From assembly GCA_019347695.1 (NCBI GenBank), contig JAHWKT010000001.1:24230-88229 (forward strand): a stretch of 64,000 bases of DNA, given 5' to 3'. Shown here in pieces: positions 19,278-29,260 of the stretch. The notes under the pieces were generated by a model that was given only the letters and a program-made list of their open reading frames with translations, was not told the origin of the DNA and ran no database searches. Positions within the stretch are counted from its first letter, which is position 1. Every line of letters begins with the position of its first letter. The DNA is from Actinomycetota bacterium (GTDB lineage: Bacteria; Actinomycetota; Nitriliruptoria; Euzebyales; JAHELV01). The position numbers and the translations under genes were made by a program.

Positions 19278-20375
19278 GTGGATGTAGACTCACGCCTCGG
19301 TCGCGGGGCGACGGGACCCGAGGTCGCCGATGTGCAACGACGCCTGCTGCGTCTGCGCAGCGACGACGTCGCGGTCACCGGCACCTTCGATGACGCGACC
19401 GAACGTGCCGTCCGACAGTTCCAACGCACTCGCGGGCTGCCCGCCGACGGGGCGGTGACCGGGGAAACCTGGCTCGCCCTGGTCGAGGCGGGGTACTCGC
19501 TCGGCGACCGGCTCCTGCTGCGCACCCGCGTGCCGCAGCGTGGAGATGACGTCGTCGAGCTCCAGCTGCGCCTCAATCAGCTCGGCTTCGATGCCGGCAA
19601 CGAGGACGGTATCTTCGGACGGGCGACGCAGGCCGCGGTCGAGGAGTTCCAACGCAACACCGGACTGGCGGTCGACGGCCGGGTGGGACCGGCCACCGTC
19701 CAGCAGCTGCGGCGCCTGCGTCGTGACCACCAGCGGGTCGGTGCGGGCGTCCGCGCCCGCGAGCGGGAACGGCTGCGTGAGTGGATCGGTCAGGCGCTCA
19801 CGAGCCGCCGTCTCCTGATCGACCCGGCCCACGGGCCCGATGACCCCGGTCCCATCGGACCGTCCGGCGTGGTCGCCGCGGACGTCACCTGGGCGATCGC
19901 CAGCCAGCTCGCGGCGCGCGTGAACGCGGTGGGTGCGAGCGCGCTGCTGTCGCGTGGTCCACGGACGTCGCCGTCGGGTAGCGATCGCGCGCGGCTCGCC
20001 AACGAGCTCGACGTCGACGCGGTCGTCTCGATCAGCGCCAACGCGCTGCCCAATCCCGCCGCGCGTGGTGCGGCGACCTACTACTTCGGCACGCGCCAGT
20101 TCGCGTCGGAATCGGGGCAGCGGCTCGCTGCAGCGCTGCTCGACGAACTGGTCGCCCACGGCTGGGTGCCGGACTGCCGTGTGCACCCGATGACCTGGGC
20201 GATCCTGCGCGAGACGCGCATGACCGCGGTGGTCGTGGAACCGGGATTCCTCACCTCGCCACAGGATGAGCAGCGGCTGGTCGACCCTGCCGCGCAGGCG
20301 ACCATCACCGAGGCGTTGCTGATGGGCATCTCGCGCTTCTTCGTCGCGCCGCTGCCGGTGACCGTCGGGGGCTGA
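19278..20375 (+). CDS. cwlM: CwlM-like protein: two peptidoglycan-binding domains plus an amidase_3 domain
   Basis: Two copies of G..V..VQ..L...G....DG.FG..T..AV..FQ, then the C-terminal amidase_3 fold. Synteny with Rv3915. Confidence 0.85.
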   Translation: MDVDSRLGRGATGPEVADVQRRLLRLRSDDVAVTGTFDDATERAVRQFQRTRGLPADGAVTGETWLALVEAGYSLGDRLLLRTRVPQRGDDVVELQLRLNQLGFDAGNEDGIFGRATQAAVEEFQRNTGLAVDGRVGPATVQQLRRLRRDHQRVGAGVRARERERLREWIGQALTSRRLLIDPAHGPDDPGPIGPSGVVAADVTWAIASQLAARVNAVGASALLSRGPRTSPSGSDRARLANELDVDAVVSISANALPNPAARGAATYYFGTRQFASESGQRLAAALLDELVAHGWVPDCRVHPMTWAILRETRMTAVVVEPGFLTSPQDEQRLVDPAAQATITEALLMGISRFFVAPLPVTVGG

Positions 20376-20397
20376 CGCTGTCGACGACGACCGCCCA

Positions 20398-21021
20398 TCA
20401 CGACGTGGTCGGGATCGTCCGGCGGTCGCGGCGCGACAACACGGCTCGCACGCCCTCCAGCGCGTGCTCCATCGCGTCCTGCCAGCGCACGGTCTGCCGC
20501 AGGTCGAGCCGCAGCAGCGGGAATCGCGGGTGCTGGTGGTGCACCACGAAGCCGCTGGCGAGCAGGAACTGCTCGGGGAGCAGGCATGGCGCGGCGGCAC
20601 CCCGCGCACCGGTGGCCTCCACCGCCCGCCGGCCCGTGTCGTGCGCGTGCTTGAGCACCCGGTGCAGCAGCGTGGTCGCCAGACCGCTGCCTCGAACCTC
20701 GGGATCGATCCACAGCGTGGCGAGCAGCAGCGCGTCGTCGCTTGGCGTGACCCCCAACCGCCTGGCGCGGTGTCCCTGCTCGGCGGGCATGCAGCTCGCG
20801 AACCCCAGCGTGCGGTCGTGATCGACGAGCAGGAAACCGGGTGCGCCCCACTCGAGCTCGACCGAGCGACACCACAGCTGCTTGGCCTCGCGGGCGTCGT
20901 CCGCGTGGTCGGTCTGCGGTCCCCTGGGCGCCTTGGGCAGCTCCCAGAACACACACGACTGGCAGTCCACCGGCAGGTGTGTCAGCTGGTCGGCGGTCAG
21001 TGGGTGGATCTGATGACTCAC
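20398..21021 (-). CDS. GNAT-family N-acetyltransferase-like protein
   Basis: LWIDPEVRGSGLATTLLHRVLKHAHDTGRRAVEA (acetyl-CoA binding motif A). Start set at the GTG at 21021; the N-terminal 99 codons of the track ORF look non-coding. Confidence 0.6.
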   Translation of the reverse strand: MSHQIHPLTADQLTHLPVDCQSCVFWELPKAPRGPQTDHADDAREAKQLWCRSVELEWGAPGFLLVDHDRTLGFASCMPAEQGHRARRLGVTPSDDALLLATLWIDPEVRGSGLATTLLHRVLKHAHDTGRRAVEATGARGAAAPCLLPEQFLLASGFVVHHQHPRFPLLRLDLRQTVRWQDAMEHALEGVRAVLSRRDRRTIPTTS

Positions 21022-21394
21022 CGGCGGCGGACACCGCCGCGCGGCATGAGCAGTGCGAGCACGGCACCGATCGCGAGGCCGACCCCCAGTCCGATCACCG
21101 CACGCATCGCCGGCGTCGGACCGACGTCGACAACGTCGCCGGCATCCACAGGTCGCTGCTGACGCACTCCGCCACCTCTGGTTCGTCGTCGTTGGCCGGC
21201 GGTGACCGCCGCCCGTTGGTGCGACCGGTCCATGGCCGCATGCCGTGGGGCAACCGCCCTCATCCGCAGTGTACGGTGCGCATACGCGCCTGGCCGACGA
21301 TCGACCAACGAGGACCGTCAAGCGGACCCCCTCGGTGGTCGATAGGCTCTCCTCCCCTGGACTGACGAACGCCGATCACGCTGGACGGAACGTC

Positions 21395-22660
21395 ATGACT
21401 GAAGTCCGACTCGATCCGTACCAGGGCCGCTATGCCCGGCGCGCCCGAGGGATGACGGCATCCGAGATCCGCGCCCTGTTCGCCGTGGCGACCCGGCCCG
21501 AGATCGTCTCGCTGGCCGGTGGGATGCCCTACACAGCGGCGCTCGATCGCGACGCCGTCGCCGATGTCACGACCGCGGTGCTCCGCGACTCGGGACCGGT
21601 GGCCCTGCAGTACGGGGGTGGTCAGGGCGTCGCCGCGCTCCGTGAGCGCCTGGTCGACGTGATGGCCGCGGAGCACCTCGAGGTCGCACCAGACGACCTT
21701 GTCGTCACGAACGGCGGCCAACAGGCGCTCGACCTGCTCAGCCGGCTGTTCTGCAACCCCGGTGACATCGTGCTCGCCGAGGGGCCGGCATATGTCGGTG
21801 CATTAGGTGCATTCTCATCATATCAAGGGCACGTCATCCATGTCGATATGGACGCGCACGGGTTGATTCCCGAGGCGCTCGACGAGACGATGGCGGCGCT
21901 GCAGCACGCGGGCCGCACGGCGAAGTTCCTCTACACCGTGCCGAACCACCAGAACCCTGCGGGCGTCTCGCTGTCGCGAGCGCGTCGGGACGCGCTCATC
22001 GAGCGTGCGGAACGCTACGACCTGCTGCTGATCGAGGACAACCCCTACGGCCTGCTCGACTTCAAGGGCGAACAACTGCCCTGCCTGCACACGATGGCCC
22101 CGGAACGGGTCGTCTACCTCGGCACGCTGTCGAAGATCTTCTCGCCTGGCATCCGCATCGGATGGGCGGTCGCGCCCGCGCCGATCCGCGCCAAGCTCAC
22201 ACTGCTCAAGGAGACCGCGGACCTCAGCCAGTCGAACCTCACCCAGTACGTCGCTGAGCGCTGGCTCGCGACGCAACCCTGGCTCGAGCAGGTTGAGGAG
22301 TTCCGCGAGTTGTACCGCGAACGCTGTGACGCGATGCTCGACGAGCTGTCGCGCCACCTGTCGGACATCTGCACGTGGAGCGTGCCCACCGGCGGGTTCT
22401 TCGTCTGGTTGCGCCTGCCCGACGGCATGGACAGCAAGCAGCTGCTCCCGAGCGCACTGCAGGCCCGTGTCGCCTACGTGCCCGGGCGGGCCTTCTACGC
22501 CGACGGTTCGGGCGACAGCGAGATGCGGTTGTCGTTCTGCTTCCCGCCGAGCGAGCAGATCCGCGAGGGTGTCCGGCGCCTGGCGCGGGTCATCCGCGAC
22601 CAGGCCGCGCTCCGCGCGGCGATGTATGACGCAACGGCGCAGCAGGAGCGGACGCCATGA
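21395..22660 (+). CDS. PLP-dependent aminotransferase, class I/II (LysN/ARO8-like)
   Basis: SEIRALF...IVSLAGGMP, YTVPNHQNPAGVSL and LGTLSKIFSPGIRIGW (PLP lysine). Confidence 0.8.
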   Translation: MTEVRLDPYQGRYARRARGMTASEIRALFAVATRPEIVSLAGGMPYTAALDRDAVADVTTAVLRDSGPVALQYGGGQGVAALRERLVDVMAAEHLEVAPDDLVVTNGGQQALDLLSRLFCNPGDIVLAEGPAYVGALGAFSSYQGHVIHVDMDAHGLIPEALDETMAALQHAGRTAKFLYTVPNHQNPAGVSLSRARRDALIERAERYDLLLIEDNPYGLLDFKGEQLPCLHTMAPERVVYLGTLSKIFSPGIRIGWAVAPAPIRAKLTLLKETADLSQSNLTQYVAERWLATQPWLEQVEEFRELYRERCDAMLDELSRHLSDICTWSVPTGGFFVWLRLPDGMDSKQLLPSALQARVAYVPGRAFYADGSGDSEMRLSFCFPPSEQIREGVRRLARVIRDQAALRAAMYDATAQQERTP

Positions 22661-23583
22661 CGATCGCGGTGCTCTCCGGCGGCACCAGCTTCGAGCGCGA
22701 AGTCAGCCTGCGCTCCGGCAGGCGCGTCGCGGAGGCGTTGCGAGCCCGCGGTCACCCCGTCGTCACGCTCGACCTCGATGCGCAGCTGGTCGGCGCGCTC
22801 ACCGAGGACCGGGTGGAGGTGGTGTTTCTCGCGTTGCACGGCAAGGCCGGCGAGGACGGCAGCATCCAGCGGATGCTCGACCTGCTGGGGGTGCCCTACA
22901 CCGGGTCCGACGCGACGGCGTCCGCCCTCGCGTGGGACAAGAGCATCAGCAAGGGCGTCCTGCGACGTGACGGCATCGCCACGCCCGACTGGCAGGTGTT
23001 GAGCGCCGACGCGGTGCGGGAGTACGGCGCGGGGCGGGCGCTCGAACAGATCGCGGCCACGCTCACCTTTCCCGTGATGGTCAAGCCGGTGCAGGGCGGC
23101 GCCTCGCTCGGCGTCGGACGGGTGGACCAGCGCGAGGACCTCGCTGACGCGGTCATGTCCACGTTCCACTACCACCCTGCGGTGCTCCTCGAGCGCGTGG
23201 TCGAGGGAACCGAGGTCGCGGTGTCGATCGTCGACGGGGCACCGTTGCCCGCGGTCGAGATCCACGCCAAGGAGGGCGCCTACGACTTCGCTGCCCGGTA
23301 CACCCACGGCGCCACCGAGTTCCATGTGCCCGCGCGGCTCGACGACACGACCGCGGAGGCGTGCGCCCGCGCCGCGATGCTTGCATGGGACACGCTGGGA
23401 TGTCGTCACATCATGCGAGCTGACATGATGATCGATGCATCCGGTGCTCCGTACCTGCTCGAAGTGGACACATGCCCGGGCCTGACGGAGACGTCACTGC
23501 TCCCACTGGCGGCCCGCACCGCCGGTCTGCGGTTCGACCAGCTGTGTGAACAGCTGGTCGACCTCGCTCGCGCCACCACCTAA
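22657..23583 (+). CDS. ddl: D-alanine--D-alanine ligase
   Basis: IAVLSGGTSFEREVSLRSG, HGKAGEDGSIQ and the ATP-grasp C-terminus EVDTCPGLTETSL. ATGA overlap with the upstream gene. Confidence 0.9.
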   Translation: MTIAVLSGGTSFEREVSLRSGRRVAEALRARGHPVVTLDLDAQLVGALTEDRVEVVFLALHGKAGEDGSIQRMLDLLGVPYTGSDATASALAWDKSISKGVLRRDGIATPDWQVLSADAVREYGAGRALEQIAATLTFPVMVKPVQGGASLGVGRVDQREDLADAVMSTFHYHPAVLLERVVEGTEVAVSIVDGAPLPAVEIHAKEGAYDFAARYTHGATEFHVPARLDDTTAEACARAAMLAWDTLGCRHIMRADMMIDASGAPYLLEVDTCPGLTETSLLPLAARTAGLRFDQLCEQLVDLARATT

Positions 23584-23600
23584 GAGCGGGCTCTGAGGCG

Positions 23601-24494
23601 TTAAGCGATCGGGGCCGGCTCCTGCTGCAGTCCGCCGCCGACACCGCTCTCCAGCATCGCGAGCAGGCGCTGGAGGTCCTCCTGGCCCGCGTAGTCGATG
23701 ACGACCTTGCCTCGGTCGTGCGTCCCCGTGATGCGGACCTTCGTGGAGAACACGTCCGACAGGCGCCGTTGAAGATCCCGATACGGCGCAGGATCGTCGA
23801 GGACGATCTCCGGCGGCGCCGACGTCTGCGCTTCGAGCAACCGCTTGATCAACCGCTCCGCTGCGCGCACGGACAGGCGCTCGGTGATGATCCGCTCGGC
23901 GGCGTCGCGCTGCAGGGCCGGATCGGCGATGCCGAGGAGCGCCCGACCATGACCGGGACTCAGCGCACCCGAGACCACGTGTCGTTGGAGCTCCGGGCCC
24001 AGGCTCAGCAGGCGTAGGGTGTTGGTGATGGCCGAACGCGACCGTCCGAGCCGCGCGGCGAGCTGCTCATGGGTGAAGCCGAAGTCGTCGAGCAACTGCT
24101 GGTAGGCAGCGGCTTCCTCGAGCGCATTCAGATCGACACGGTGGATGTTCTCGACCAGCGCTTCGGTGAGCACCTGATCGTCGGCGGTGTGTCGGACGAC
24201 CGCCCGGATCTCGCGAAACCCCGCCAGCTGCGCGGCCCGATACCGCCGTTCGCCGGCAACGATCTGATAGCGACCACCACCAATCTCGCGGACGATGATC
24301 GGCTGCAGCAGCCCGACCGTCTGCAGCGACTGGGCAAGCTCCGCGAGCGCCTGCTGGTGGAACGCGTCGCGGGGCTGCCGCGGATTGGGCTCGATCTGAT
24401 CCACACCTATCGTGCGGAGACCGCCGCGGTCGTTCGTTGCCGAGGGAATCAACGCGTCGAGGCCTCGTCCCAACCCACCGGTCCGCGTCATCAC
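23601..24494 (-). CDS. parB: Chromosome partitioning protein ParB
   Basis: GLGRGLDALIP, NPRQPR, IVAGERRYRAA and HTH region. Confidence 0.95.
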   Translation of the reverse strand: MMTRTGGLGRGLDALIPSATNDRGGLRTIGVDQIEPNPRQPRDAFHQQALAELAQSLQTVGLLQPIIVREIGGGRYQIVAGERRYRAAQLAGFREIRAVVRHTADDQVLTEALVENIHRVDLNALEEAAAYQQLLDDFGFTHEQLAARLGRSRSAITNTLRLLSLGPELQRHVVSGALSPGHGRALLGIADPALQRDAAERIITERLSVRAAERLIKRLLEAQTSAPPEIVLDDPAPYRDLQRRLSDVFSTKVRITGTHDRGKVVIDYAGQEDLQRLLAMLESGVGGGLQQEPAPIA

Positions 24495-25387
24495 GTGCTC
24501 CTCGTCGTCGTGTCCGTGGCCAGCACGCGTTCCCAGAGCTCGCTGGCGAGTCGATGGTACGCAACCGCTCCGCGTGATCCAGGATCGAAGACCGTGATCG
24601 GTTGGCCATACGACGGCGCCTCGGCGAGGCGTACCGAGCGCGGGATGCGGGTCCGGAACACGAGATCGCCGAAGTGACGTCGGACCTCCTCTGCCACCTC
24701 GTGAGAAAGCTTCGTCCGCCCGTCATACATCGTGAGCGCGAAGCCGGTGATCTTCAGGTCGCGATTGAGTGTCTGTCGGATCAGTTCGGCGTTGCGGGTC
24801 AGTGCACCAAGCCCCTCGAGGGCGAAGTACTCGCATTGGATCGGGACGATCACACCATCCGCGGCTGACATCGCGTTGATCGTCAGCAGGCCAAGGCTCG
24901 GCGGACAGTCGACGATGATGATGTCGAAGTCGTCGCGTACGTCGTCCAGCGCGCGCCGCAGCTGCTGCTCGCGGCTCAGCGCGCTGACCAACTCGATCTC
25001 CGCGCCGGCCAGGTCGATCGACGAGGGCAGCAACCACAGGTTGTCCACATCCGTCTGCTCGACGACCTTCTGCACCGCGGTCCCGGTGCGGAGCACGTCG
25101 TAGATGCTGGGTTGGCCCTCCCGCAGCCGTATCCCGATGCCCGACGTGCAGTTCGCTTGCGGATCACTGTCGACCAGCAGCACCCGGATCGACTGCTGCG
25201 CGAGTGCGGCCGCGACGCTGACGGCAGTCGTTGTCTTCCCGACGCCGCCCTTCTGGTTGGCAACGACAATGACCGAGGCGGGTCCGATCGTGGACCGGTC
25301 GTCATGTTTCACGTGAAACCGTCGGTCCGATCGCCAGTAGCCGTACCAGCGGTCCCGCTCAGGGGGAGTCGTCACGCGTTCCTCCAC
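24491..25387 (-). CDS. parA: Chromosome partitioning ATPase ParA/Soj
   Basis: Deviant Walker A VANQKGGVGKTTT. The start is uncertain: the track start at 25387 overlaps rsmG by 29 nt, and an alternative GTG at 25312 lies inside a parS site. Confidence 0.9.
   Translation of the reverse strand: MEERVTTPPERDRWYGYWRSDRRFHVKHDDRSTIGPASVIVVANQKGGVGKTTTAVSVAAALAQQSIRVLLVDSDPQANCTSGIGIRLREGQPSIYDVLRTGTAVQKVVEQTDVDNLWLLPSSIDLAGAEIELVSALSREQQLRRALDDVRDDFDIIIVDCPPSLGLLTINAMSAADGVIVPIQCEYFALEGLGALTRNAELIRQTLNRDLKITGFALTMYDGRTKLSHEVAEEVRRHFGDLVFRTRIPRSVRLAEAPSYGQPITVFDPGSRGAVAYHRLASELWERVLATDTTTRST
25305..25320. other. parS centromere-like site
   Basis: TGTTTCACGTGAAACC, 15/16 match to the established parS consensus TGTTTCACGTGAAACA. 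Confidence 0.8.
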
Positions 25388-26063
25388 GGCTGGGATCGAG
25401 CCTGGGACGGAGCAATCTACGCCGGATCTTCGAGAACCCCGGCGGCGGTGGCCCGTGTCCCCGCATCCGGATCAACCACGTCGGTCGGATCGTACCGTCG
25501 ATCGACTGGACATCGTGGACCGTCAGCCCGAGCTCATCGGTCAGGCGGTCGAGTGCCCGTGCCTGGGCCGGCGCATCCGCCCCCCGGATCGCGATGATCT
25601 CCCCATTAGTGATGAATGGACGCGACAGCGCAGCGGTCCGTTCCAAGGACGCGACCGCCCGGCTGATCACACCATCGAAGCCGACGTACCCGTGCTTCTG
25701 CGACCACAGATGCTCGGCACGGGCATGACATGTCTGCACGTTGCGCAATCCGAGCGTCGACGCGAAGGCGTCGACCTGGGCGATCTTCTTTGCTCTTGCG
25801 TCGATCAGCGTCCACCACACGGAGGGGAACGCCGCCGCCAGGACGAGGCCGGGCAACCCGCCACCGGTACCGAGATCCATCCAGCGCGCGCCGACGGACA
25901 ACTGCAGCTGACGGGCGACCAGCACACACTCCTCCAGGTGGCGATGCCGCACGTCGTGTCGATCGCTTGCGGACACGAGGTTGACCGGTGCTGCGCCGAT
26001 CAACGTGGCGAGGCGATCCAGCCACTCGTCCGGCGGCGATATCGCGGTAACCACGTCACCCAC
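25359..26063 (-). CDS. rsmG: 16S rRNA (guanine527-N7)-methyltransferase
   Basis: SAM motif DLGTGGGLPGLVLA. Conserved position between jag and parA. Confidence 0.9.
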   Translation of the reverse strand: MGDVVTAISPPDEWLDRLATLIGAAPVNLVSASDRHDVRHRHLEECVLVARQLQLSVGARWMDLGTGGGLPGLVLAAAFPSVWWTLIDARAKKIAQVDAFASTLGLRNVQTCHARAEHLWSQKHGYVGFDGVISRAVASLERTAALSRPFITNGEIIAIRGADAPAQARALDRLTDELGLTVHDVQSIDGTIRPTWLIRMRGHGPPPPGFSKIRRRLLRPRLDPSRGGTRDDSP

Positions 26064-26158
26064 GCGAGGTACGGTGCCGGCTCGGCACCGGTCGCACGGC
26101 GCGGTGCGTCATGTGCACAGCAGCCAGTGGGGGAGGAGTGCGTGCGCCATACCGGGAT

Positions 26159-26174
26159 GTTTCACGTGAAACTA
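26159..26174. other. parS centromere-like site (jag-rsmG spacer)
   Basis: TGTTTCACGTGAAACT, 15/16 match to the parS consensus. Confidence 0.8.
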
Positions 26175-26182
26175 CGGCGGTG

Positions 26183-26932
26183 TCATTCCTCGGCCGCGTA
26201 CACGACCACCCGGCGGCGCGGCTCGACACCCTCACTCGCCGACGTCACACCGCCGGTGCGTGCGACCAGGTCGTGCATCACCTTGCGCTCAAACGCGTCC
26301 ATCGCCTCGAGTCGGAAGGGCTCACCGGTCTCGCGAACCTGAGCGATGCCCTCCCGGCACCGGTCCTTCATCTTGTCGAGCTGGCGCTGCCGATAGCCCT
26401 CGATGTCGATCCGAACGTGCGATCGGCGTTCGACGTGCCGTTGCGTCGCCGCCCGCACCAGCTCCTGCAGGGCCTCGAGTGTCGCACCCCGGCGGCCGAT
26501 CAGCAGTCCGCTGCCGACTTCCACGACGTTCACGAACGCCTGGTTCTCGTCGACCTCGATCTCGATGTCACCCGGCAACTCGAGGATGTCGAGCAGCCCC
26601 TCGACGAAGTCGGCGGCGAGATCCGCCTCTTCGTTCAGCTCCGCCAGTCGGTCGGCGCCGGACGTGTCGTCGGTCTCCAGCCCCGCGGTACCGTCCTCGG
26701 CCCGGGAATCGGGCTCCGTCACCAGGGTGTCGCCCACAGGCGTCTCTCCGTTGCTGCGATCCTCGCGCACCGTCACGCGAACATGCGCGCGGCTGCGACC
26801 GCTGAACAGGCCACGCCGGCCTTCATTGAGTACCTCGACCGTCGCCTCGTCAGGTCCGACACCCAGCTCCCTCAACGCCGCCGCCGTCGCGTCCTTGACC
26901 GTAGAGGCACGCTTCTCGATCATCCGCGTCAT
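26183..26932 (-). CDS. jag: Jag/KhpB-type RNA-binding protein (KH + R3H domains)
   Basis: Jag_N N-terminus, then the C-terminal R3H region FRLEAMDAFERKVMHD. ATGA overlap with the yidC stop. Confidence 0.85.
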   Translation of the reverse strand: MTRMIEKRASTVKDATAAALRELGVGPDEATVEVLNEGRRGLFSGRSRAHVRVTVREDRSNGETPVGDTLVTEPDSRAEDGTAGLETDDTSGADRLAELNEEADLAADFVEGLLDILELPGDIEIEVDENQAFVNVVEVGSGLLIGRRGATLEALQELVRAATQRHVERRSHVRIDIEGYRQRQLDKMKDRCREGIAQVRETGEPFRLEAMDAFERKVMHDLVARTGGVTSASEGVEPRRRVVVYAAEE

Positions 26933-27891
26933 CGCCGCTTGTCCCTCGTCTCGTTGCGCTTCTTTCCCAACCGACCCGGCCTACCCGGGCGATACCCGTT
27001 GCCGCCGCTGCCGTTCGAACTGGAGCCTCCCTTGCCCTTCCGGCCGCCGGCCCCGTCCGGCCGACCAGACGAGCGTTTCGGCCGCGCCGATCGTTGCGGT
27101 CGTTCTGCCGCGCCGGACGGGCCGTTCTTCGGCGATCTGTCAGCCTGGTCACCGTTGGACTGGCCGCCACCGACCTCGCGGAGCATGTACCACTGCTGTG
27201 CCATCTGCCAGACGTTGGTCGTCACCCAGTAGACGAGGATTCCCACGGGAAGGGTGAAGCCCAGGAACACCAGGAACACGGGCATGATGTACATCATCAT
27301 CTTCTGCTGCTGCATCTGCTGATCGTCGGCGGTGATCGCCTGGCGACCCATCATCTGCTTCTGCTGCACGAAGGTGGTCACGCCCATCGCCAGCAGCATG
27401 CCGATCGCGATGACGCCCGCCGCGTTGGCTGGCATCTGCAGCGTCGCGTCGATCGGGAAGGGCGCGGTCGCAAGCTCCGGGATGACGTCGGGGCTACGGA
27501 GCATGCTGAACAGGGCGACGAAGATCGGCATCTGGGCCACGAGCGGCAGGCAACTCGACGCCGGGTTGACGTTGTGCTCCTTGTACAGCGCCATCAGCTC
27601 TTCCTGCTGCTTCTGGCGCTTCTCGCGGAACTTCTCCGGGTCCGTGCGCATCATGCCGCGGTCGGTCTTGTACTTCGACTGGATCTTCTTCATCTGCGGG
27701 CGCAGCTCCTGCATCGCCCGCATCGACCGGAACTGCCGTACGGCCAGCGGCATCATGGCCAGCCGGACCGCCACCGTCAGCAGGATGATCGCCACCGTCC
27801 ACGAGTAGTCGCCGAACAGTCCGACGGTGGCGTCGTGGAAGAACCGGAGGATCTCGCCGAGGCCTTCAAGCAGGCCAATCCAGATGCTCAT
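26929..27891 (-). CDS. yidC: Membrane protein insertase YidC
   Basis: [33 protein letters not shown] and a basic C-terminal tail. Confidence 0.9.
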   Translation of the reverse strand: MSIWIGLLEGLGEILRFFHDATVGLFGDYSWTVAIILLTVAVRLAMMPLAVRQFRSMRAMQELRPQMKKIQSKYKTDRGMMRTDPEKFREKRQKQQEELMALYKEHNVNPASSCLPLVAQMPIFVALFSMLRSPDVIPELATAPFPIDATLQMPANAAGVIAIGMLLAMGVTTFVQQKQMMGRQAITADDQQMQQQKMMMYIMPVFLVFLGFTLPVGILVYWVTTNVWQMAQQWYMLREVGGGQSNGDQADRSPKNGPSGAAERPQRSARPKRSSGRPDGAGGRKGKGGSSSNGSGGNGYRPGRPGRLGKKRNETRDKRR

Positions 27892-28178
27892 CTACCGACT
27901 TTCAGTGATTGGTGGCGGCCACGCCACCGGACGTGGTCCACGCCTCCCGGGTTCCAAGGATGACACCGACCCAGCCGGCGGATCGCCAGCCACCCGCCGC
28001 GCACTGCTCCATACCGTTGCACCGCGGTGATGCCGTACGCCGAGCACGTGGGATGGAAGCGGCACCGCTGCGGGTCGATGCGCGGCACCAACTGCCAGCC
28101 GCGCATGAGCAGCAGCAGCACGCGGGCGAGGGGAGTCCGACCGGTGACCCGATCCGCTGGCGCATCGCTTGGAGGCAT
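27888..28178 (-). CDS. yidD: Membrane protein insertion efficiency factor YidD
   Basis: [19 protein letters not shown]...RRLGRCHPW. Confidence 0.85.
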   Translation of the reverse strand: MPPSDAPADRVTGRTPLARVLLLLMRGWQLVPRIDPQRCRFHPTCSAYGITAVQRYGAVRGGWLAIRRLGRCHPWNPGGVDHVRWRGRHQSLKVGR

Positions 28179-28501
28179 CAGCGTGTCCGTTCCGCGGCAC
28201 GCCGGCTCAGTCGTTCGACGTCTCGGTGCAGCGTCGTGAATGGCGCACGCACCGTAGCCGGTCGCGCGTCGATCACCAGGTCGACGTCGCTCGGGAGCCG
28301 AGCCTGTCGGACGGCGGCCCGAAGCCGTCGCTTCGCACGGTTGCGCTCGACGGCACCACCGATCGCGCGTCCCGCCACCACCGCGACGTGCGTGGGCACG
28401 CTGTCATCACGCCCGAGCGCGTGCACGACCATCGTCGACGATGCGGCACGCAACCGTGCGGATCGCACGGCGCGGATGCGGCGGGACGACAACGCGGCCA
28501 T
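28178..28501 (-). CDS. rnpA: Ribonuclease P protein component
   Basis: [17 protein letters not shown]. Start moved to the ATG at 28501, just after the rpmH stop. Confidence 0.85.
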   Translation of the reverse strand: MAALSSRRIRAVRSARLRAASSTMVVHALGRDDSVPTHVAVVAGRAIGGAVERNRAKRRLRAAVRQARLPSDVDLVIDARPATVRAPFTTLHRDVERLSRRAAERTR

Positions 28502-28514
28502 CAAGTCCACTTCG

Positions 28515-28649
28515 TCAGGCGGCGAGGGTCGTGCGCCCCTTCGCGCGGCGGCGACGGATGATGGCGCGGCCGGCACGGGTCCGCATGCGTGATCGGAAGC
28601 CGTGCTTGCGCTTGCGACGGCGGTTGTTCGGCTGATACGTGCGCTTCAT
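28515..28649 (-). CDS. rpmH: 50S ribosomal protein L34
   Basis: [39 protein letters not shown]. Confidence 0.95.
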   Translation of the reverse strand: MKRTYQPNNRRRKRKHGFRSRMRTRAGRAIIRRRRAKGRTTLAA

Positions 28650-29159
28650 GCTCGTCCTCGAGTGCTCGCCGGAGCGAACGGTCAACTGGTCTGTGGATGC
28701 GCTGCGCAGCGGCCAGGTGTCTGACTGGCGAGCAGCAGCCGGGGGCGGTGGTGCGCCCATGGCAGGAACCGGTCGCGATGCAGTGGCAACAGGAGGTTTC
28801 CGCCGGTCGCTGCAGAACAACGGGGCCGGGCAATGACGACCATGTCGATTGCGTTCCTACGAGTCTAGAACGGTCAGAACCCCCCGCAACCACCGATCAG
28901 GCGCCGACTGAGGATGCGCGGTCAGGCAGGTCGACGACCACAGAAATGTGTTGCGGGTCACCGCATCGCGAACCTATACTCCTGCCCCGCGTCGGTCGCC
29001 TACCAGACCCGGAGCACGATTGTCACCGAGTGAGCCGAGTGGCCTCGCCGCGGGATGGGCGGGTCGCAGGCTGGTGGGTACATCGACGCCACCGCCGCTT
29101 CCCTCGTGCGACATGTGAGCATCTGTCCTGCGCCGGTGGGAGGCCATCGCTCGTGGCAC

Positions 29160-29260
29160 GAGTCCACAGCTGTGGATATGTATGTGGACAACCCGCCTGG
29201 TTGTCCATAGCGATCGCAGGATCGCCACAGACAACTAGGGAGGATCGTGCCTGTGGAAAC
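29160..29260. promoter_or_regulatory. DnaA boxes in the dnaA upstream region (autoregulation / left part of the origin)
   Basis: GAGTCCACA (29160), TGTGGATAT (29171), TGTGGACAA (29183, perfect actinobacterial TTGTCCACA), TTGTCCATA (29201) and TGTGGAAAC (29252). Confidence 0.6.

Noticed and set aside
28650-29159. The ORF-track entries in the rpmH-dnaA spacer (for example 28589..29314 and 28974..29234), considered as genes.
   Set aside because: They overlap the conserved non-coding dnaA upstream region that carries the DnaA boxes. They show no motifs and have implausible composition.
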